DNA of 56,755 nt, filler included, from Platydemus manokwari (lineage: Eukaryota), in the NCBI GenBank assembly GCA_037951405.1. It is 5 parts of 5 records of this genome, joined end to end, with 100 filler letters (N's around TTAATTAATTAA, not from the genome) between each part and the next. Parts side by side here need not be neighbours in the genome. Positions count along the whole stretch, not along the records: positions 45,937 to 56,755 come from JBBMOY011103665.1; 4 more parts are not named here. One strand, given 5' to 3'. Made by a program: the position numbers and the translations under genes. Shown piece by piece: positions 51,701-56,755 of the stretch (positions within the stretch are counted from its first letter, which is position 1; every line of letters starts with the position of its first letter). Under the pieces are notes generated by a model. It saw only the letters and a list, made by a program, of their open reading frames with translations, was not told the DNA's origin and searched no databases.

Positions 51701-52709
51701 ACCTCGTTTTTTGAGAATATAATCAGAAAGTGTTTGTAAAACCTTAATTAAACAAATGTAATGCAGTTGATGAATCCATTTAGAAAAATACAATTCGAGA
51801 GTTATTTCATTATCAATTCAAAATCACACTGTGAACTAAAGCAAACCACAACAAATATGTCGATGCTAAAATCATAATTTAAATGGATGATTTGAATATT
51901 GACTGAAAAGTTGTCCGACCAATCAAAATTCGTAACAGATAACATGTGTATTTTTAGAATTTATCTTTGTTAAAACCACATTTTAAAAACACGAAAACAA
52001 GTATCAATATTGTCAAATTTTCAAATGGATATTTTATGATCTCCAATGAATAAAAGTGACCTACATTTATGATAAAATATAATCATATTAAAAACAATGA
52101 TAAAATATTGTAATATTTAATACGTTAAGCTATAAAAATTAATAATCGTTAAAATAAAATTGGTTTTAGAGTGCAAAACATGTCAATTTGACTGTTTTTA
52201 TTAAAATATCTTTCAAATATAATTGATATTACTAAACAAATAAATTTCCACTCGATTTATTAGTAAATTAAAATTACCAAGACAACATTTTCTCCACAAC
52301 CAGATTTCAATTTATTTGGTGATATTGAAATATTTTCATTAATTTGACGAACTGCTTGTAATACAGTGGCTATGCTAGCATTAGGATCATCATAATCTTG
52401 AGGTTGATCCATTTCATATCCACATTCACGCACAAGCCAAGCACTTAAACTAATAAATGCATGAAACTGTTCACCTGGATTGGTAGGAAAAGCAAAGTAA
52501 TGGCGAGATATTGGTTTCATATGAAAAGGTCTAAATAGTGTTTATGATATAAAAATAATATTATGAATGTAATTTTTATTAACTTACTTGCAATAATTTT
52601 TTTCATAATCAATTACTTTGAGATTTTCTAAGATACTTTCCATATTAGTAAACACTTTATAGCTTCCACCTGGACCCTCATCATTTGATATCTCTAACCC
52701 TTCAGCCAT
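48748..52709 (-). CDS. IFT57: Intraflagellar transport protein 57 (IFT57/HIPPI); 6 exons: 52709-52588, 52530-52278, 51742-51538, 49527-49382, 49305-49093, 49035-48748; 408 aa
   Basis: Manual splicing at GT-AG sites keeps frame (1227 nt; introns 57, 535, 2010, 76, 57 nt). Protein has IFT57 motifs RHYFAFPTNPGEQF, DYDDPNA, KLKSGCGE, EWLLEVERVLPQLKVTIR..RDWRTH, REKYLNNQ and EERGTNMSDG. Confidence 0.96.
50615..51005. mobile_element. Foldback/MITE-like long inverted repeat in IFT57 intron 3
   Basis: CTACACAA..TTGTCAATAAAAT.AACTTCTC pairs with 50964-51005, and 50735-50785 pairs with 50873-50925; (TA)n-containing spacer. Confidence 0.75.
51378..51416 (+). ncRNA. Degenerate minimal type I hammerhead-ribozyme-like motif
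   Basis: GATA-TTAATGA-GTAG(AAAAGA)CTAC-GAAA-TCGA-TA-TATC: stems I and II pair, stem III is the palindrome ATCGAT, core has two substitutions versus CUGAUGA. Confidence 0.45.
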
Positions 52710-52746
52710 ATAAATAACACAAAAATATTTTTTAAAACTCTACTTT

Positions 52747-52760
52747 GTATCTAAGATAAA
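52747..52760. promoter_or_regulatory. Candidate RFX X-box just upstream of IFT57
   Basis: GTATCTAAGATAAA, imperfect match to GTHNYY-AT-RRNAAC, about 40 bp before the ATG of a ciliary gene. Confidence 0.3.
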
Positions 52761-53024
52761 TAATCGACATAAACTTTAAACAACACTGCATATTTAAAAT
52801 CAAACATCGATTATGATTTTATTTTAGTTTTAGAACATATTTAGTTTTTACAAAATATTGGGTTATTTTAAAATTTTGCATTTACAATATTCAAAATTTG
52901 TTATTTCATATTTACGAATAGTTTAAATAAATTACTGGCTATATTAATAATGCAATTAATTAATTAAGCTGGCTATTAATTAACCAATTAAATAGCACTT
53001 ATTCGCAAATTCAAATTTTATATA

Positions 53025-53620
53025 TGAAATCTATACATCACACAGAAAGAAAATTTTTAAATGAAACAATTTATCAATGGACTACATATCAGTAGTATTG
53101 CTCCACATTATTTGGAAAATATGGGTATGTTGGAAAATGCACTCATATGATAATGTTAGATATCCACTTACGTTGAATAATGAAAAATATAATCATAATC
53201 ACAAGGTTATATTCTAAAATCAAATTGCCAATATTTGCACTATAAATAACTGTCAAAGAACAAAGTCAATAAACAATAGAATTACCACTCAACAGGCACA
53301 GCAATCAACTTTTTACAGAAGACTTGAATGGAGAGTTCTAATTTGAAATATGGACATTACCACACAGAAACTCATAAATAGGGATTTTATTAAGCCCGAG
53401 TACACAAAATCAATAAATTTAATTAAAACTTGTAAAGTAAAAGATCAAATCAAAGGTGATTTAAAATTACACAAAATTCATTTTTTCAATAATAAATTTA
53501 ATTTTAATGAAAATAAAATACTGAATCTTGATGAGTTCATTATTAATTTTTTAATATATTTATGAAGCAAAAGAAAATTAAATACGCATGAAGTTGAAAA
53601 AATAAAAATTTATAGGAGTC
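53025..53620 (+). pseudogene. Possible FLYWCH/MULE transposase remnant
   Basis: Broken frames give KIWVCWK and YNHNH. Confidence 0.3.
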
Positions 53621-55108
53621 TACTATTTTTTACAAGTTTGATTTAACTTGGATAAAAATAAATTTAGATTTATGTAAGGATTAAATAAGCACTAAAACCC
53701 TATAAATTAGTTGAGCACTATTGTTTTTTGATTAATAACAGTTAATTTGTACACCTGACTCCAGAAGGTGTATGTAATAATAAACAAATATTAAGTTGAA
53801 TTATAGAAAAATGATAGAATAAATATATTGATTTAAATCAAATATAATTGGTATGACGCAGTACAAAGAAACAGAATCAAATTGACATACAATATCATTG
53901 AATTGAAAATAAAACACTTTATGGTAATATGAAAGTTAGTAGTAGCAATGAGGCAAATAAAAAGATTGAGTTTCGCTTTTAATTAGAATTTTAATGTTTG
54001 GTTCTAATTCGATAAATCTGAGAAGTTTATTGGAAATCTCTTATGACAGTGCCCATCAGAGATCTCCGCTGATTCGATCGGTGGTTAGATGTAACACTAC
54101 TTCAACCACTACTATAACATTTTTGGATTTCATGATTTTAGATTTTAATTTTGGTTCTAAGTGAATGAGATTCAAACTAGAACTTTTATATTGGAATAAA
54201 TGTAAAATATTAATATCAATAATAAGAAAAATTACTTGGTAGATGGATTTAAAATAATATCCAATTCGCTTTCAGATAACAATATGCAATGATTTTTTGA
54301 TCGAAAGTATATGACAAAAAGATCTTAGGATTTTATTTATAAAGTTAGTCGCAATTACTCTTCATAGATAAAAATGATAAAATAGTTTGCCGGAATCTTA
54401 GTAATGAATCAAGGAGTTTGTAGGAACTATATAGTAATGAGCTACTTTATTTAAATCTTTTTCTTAATATACTTTTCTTCATATTCTTTGCTTATTTTTT
54501 GCTCTATTATTAGGATTTATTAATCCTACCTTTACTCACTTATTTTATGGATACTATTTTAGTAACTAGTTTATTTAAATTCTACTTTTAGATTTCTTTT
54601 ATCCTATTTTTAGATATTTAAATGGAGTCAGCTGTTGGAAGTAACTGCCAGTCTTAATTAGTCAACTTTATTTCTTTCTGTCATTATATTGCGATTCTGA
54701 AACTTTTGCTTTGTGGATCATTGTTGTATACGGTATTTTGTCCTAATTTAGGAATATCAAAGATTGTGTTTCACTTTAACACATTGTAGATGTAGCCAAC
54801 TTATAAAGTAGCTCAAGTACTCGATAGGTTCAAAACAGATTTTAAAGATAAAACTAAAATTTTATTACACTATAACTCAAAAAATTGAACATTCTCAAAC
54901 TGAACAGCCTGAAGCTGAACGAACTTCCTAAAACTGGAACATCCTTATAGCTTATATTTTTACTATAATTTTAAGAGAACGGATAATTGTGTTTTGTTTA
55001 ACTATTATTGATCACGATTTTTGTATTCATTATTTTGCTTATTTCTTTTATTTTACATATTTTTTTGAGTATTTTAGTATCTAACTTAATACTTTGCATA
55101 CCCATATA

Positions 55109-55285
55109 ATGGCATCAAAATCAAAACGAAAGCAAATCAATTTAACATTAAATATGAAGCGAGAAATTTTAGAAAAATTATTTAATGGCACTTTGTAATC
55201 TTGTTAAAGGCACGCTAGCAGCAGCCTAGTATCCAACATATGAGTTAGTCACTGATAAACTGGAAGAAGAAGAATTTGCCCAACA
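55109..55285 (+). pseudogene. pogo/Tigger (CENP-B-like HTH-psq) transposase N-terminal remnant
   Basis: MASKSKRKQINLTLNMKREILEKLFNG, then a stop, then INWKKK in a shifted frame. Confidence 0.6.
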
Positions 55286-56755
55286 GATGAATAAAGATTT
55301 TTTTTAGTTTTAACACCAACCACCTGTAAAATTAAATATTAATAAAATTTCGTTAAGCAATCAATACTTAAAAGCGTATAAAATAATATATTTATTGGAT
55401 GAAAAAATGATAATGTTATGTATTATGTTGTGGGGTTTTGATTTTGAATGTTCTTTAATTACTTGGGGGCTTTAACACCTGGTATTAAAGACCAAGATGT
55501 CAGAAAATAAATTTAATATGTTGGCTCTCTGGGCCTAAACAAAATGATATGATATTTCAAGTTTTTTTAGCTGTTATTTATAATCAAGAACAAATTATGG
55601 GTTATTAAAATATTTATTTAGGAAAATGAAAGCTAACAATTAATTAAAAAATAAACAACGAAATTAGAGCAAATACCTCTTATCTCGCCTCAGCGATTAA
55701 CGAGAAATCCGGTGTCGGATTGAAGATTAATAATGATGCGGAGAATAAATGTTAGTAGCTTATATATTAATGACTATCACTATTACTACAGAATTTAGAA
55801 TTTAAGTAAAGTTAGTTAATAAATGAACGAATGATAATCAAACACAAGAACTTAATTCTTACTACTTGCGTGTGATCGTCCGTTGGGGCACTGATTCTTG
55901 AAATATAACAATTTGTTCTCGGTACAATTTCTCAGTGAAAGTTTCTCAAGTTCCTTCGATTACTCCAACTGTAGTGAGATAACAATTGACAATAATTCCT
56001 GCCAATGCACAAGTCGAGAATATTTCACCTGCGACTTTTCTCGTCAACTATGGATACGTTTCGCCTTAATGTGATTGATTCTCTTCACCAGCTTTCGTAA
56101 GATAAATTGTGATAGTTAATCCTTGTGTTGATTATCGTCGCGGTAATTGTTGTCAATGATTATAGTTTAGCTGCTAGCGCTTATTCGTCAACTATGACTA
56201 TTGATTATCTGTTGTTAGTTGTGTTGGTGGTATTACGATCAGCGCCGTTATTTATATTCGCTGATCGTGTCCATCCACTTGTACGGCTCTTCATGCCGAT
56301 CATTTTTTGATGTTTTTTTCACAAGTTTCGTGTGTATAATTAATGATTTTATTGTACTTCATAATTACTTTTATTCTGTTTATTATTACTCTTTTACCTA
56401 GCTTTTTACTATTTATTATTATTATTTATTATAGTCAAATCCATATTAATTATTATTTATACAACTTTTTTTTTATCATTGATTAATTTTATTATTTATC
56501 TGTTTTTATCTTTCTCCGCATCCTTATTATTTACCGGATTTTTTACATAAACGAAAAATAAAACCGATTGAATAATATTGAATGATAAAATACACGTAAC
56601 ACAATAATGAAAATAAAAGCGTTACAAACAATATTAAAACACACAACAGTCTATTAAGAGCAAAAGATAAAAGTATTATAAGCAAATCAGTTTTATTGTT
56701 ATAATCAACTCCGATTTAATGTTTATTTTGGAGATTATACTGTTGACGGAGATTG

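Overview
Very AT-rich eukaryotic (animal) nuclear DNA in five contigs joined by four artificial 100-nt spacers (N44-TTAATTAATTAA-N44), so adjacency across them is unproven. Short GT-AG introns (42-76 nt), a divergent TRAF, a PIM-like kinase and an REL-type non-LTR element suggest a flatworm such as a planarian (inference only). Genes I could reconstruct: six-exon IFT57 (minus, 408 aa); a two-exon TRAF-like gene (331 aa); a two-exon, 68-aa neuropeptide-prohormone-like gene absent from the ORF track (32383-33335); and a compact intronless trio at 14.6-17.9 kb (orphan 4-TM protein, 12-Cys IGFBP/FPI-like small protein, atypical PIM-like kinase). Two further ORFs are cut by gaps. The rest is mostly transposon debris: a decayed NeSL/R2-type element, Ty3/Gypsy gag/RT/integrase fragments and LTR-like repeats, a Polinton-like PolB fragment, pogo/Tc2- and piggyBac-type MITEs, a foldback element, possible mini-Helitrons, and several degenerate hammerhead-ribozyme-like motifs. 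No rRNA, tRNA or CRISPR array was seen. All motif calls are by eye; no database searches were run.
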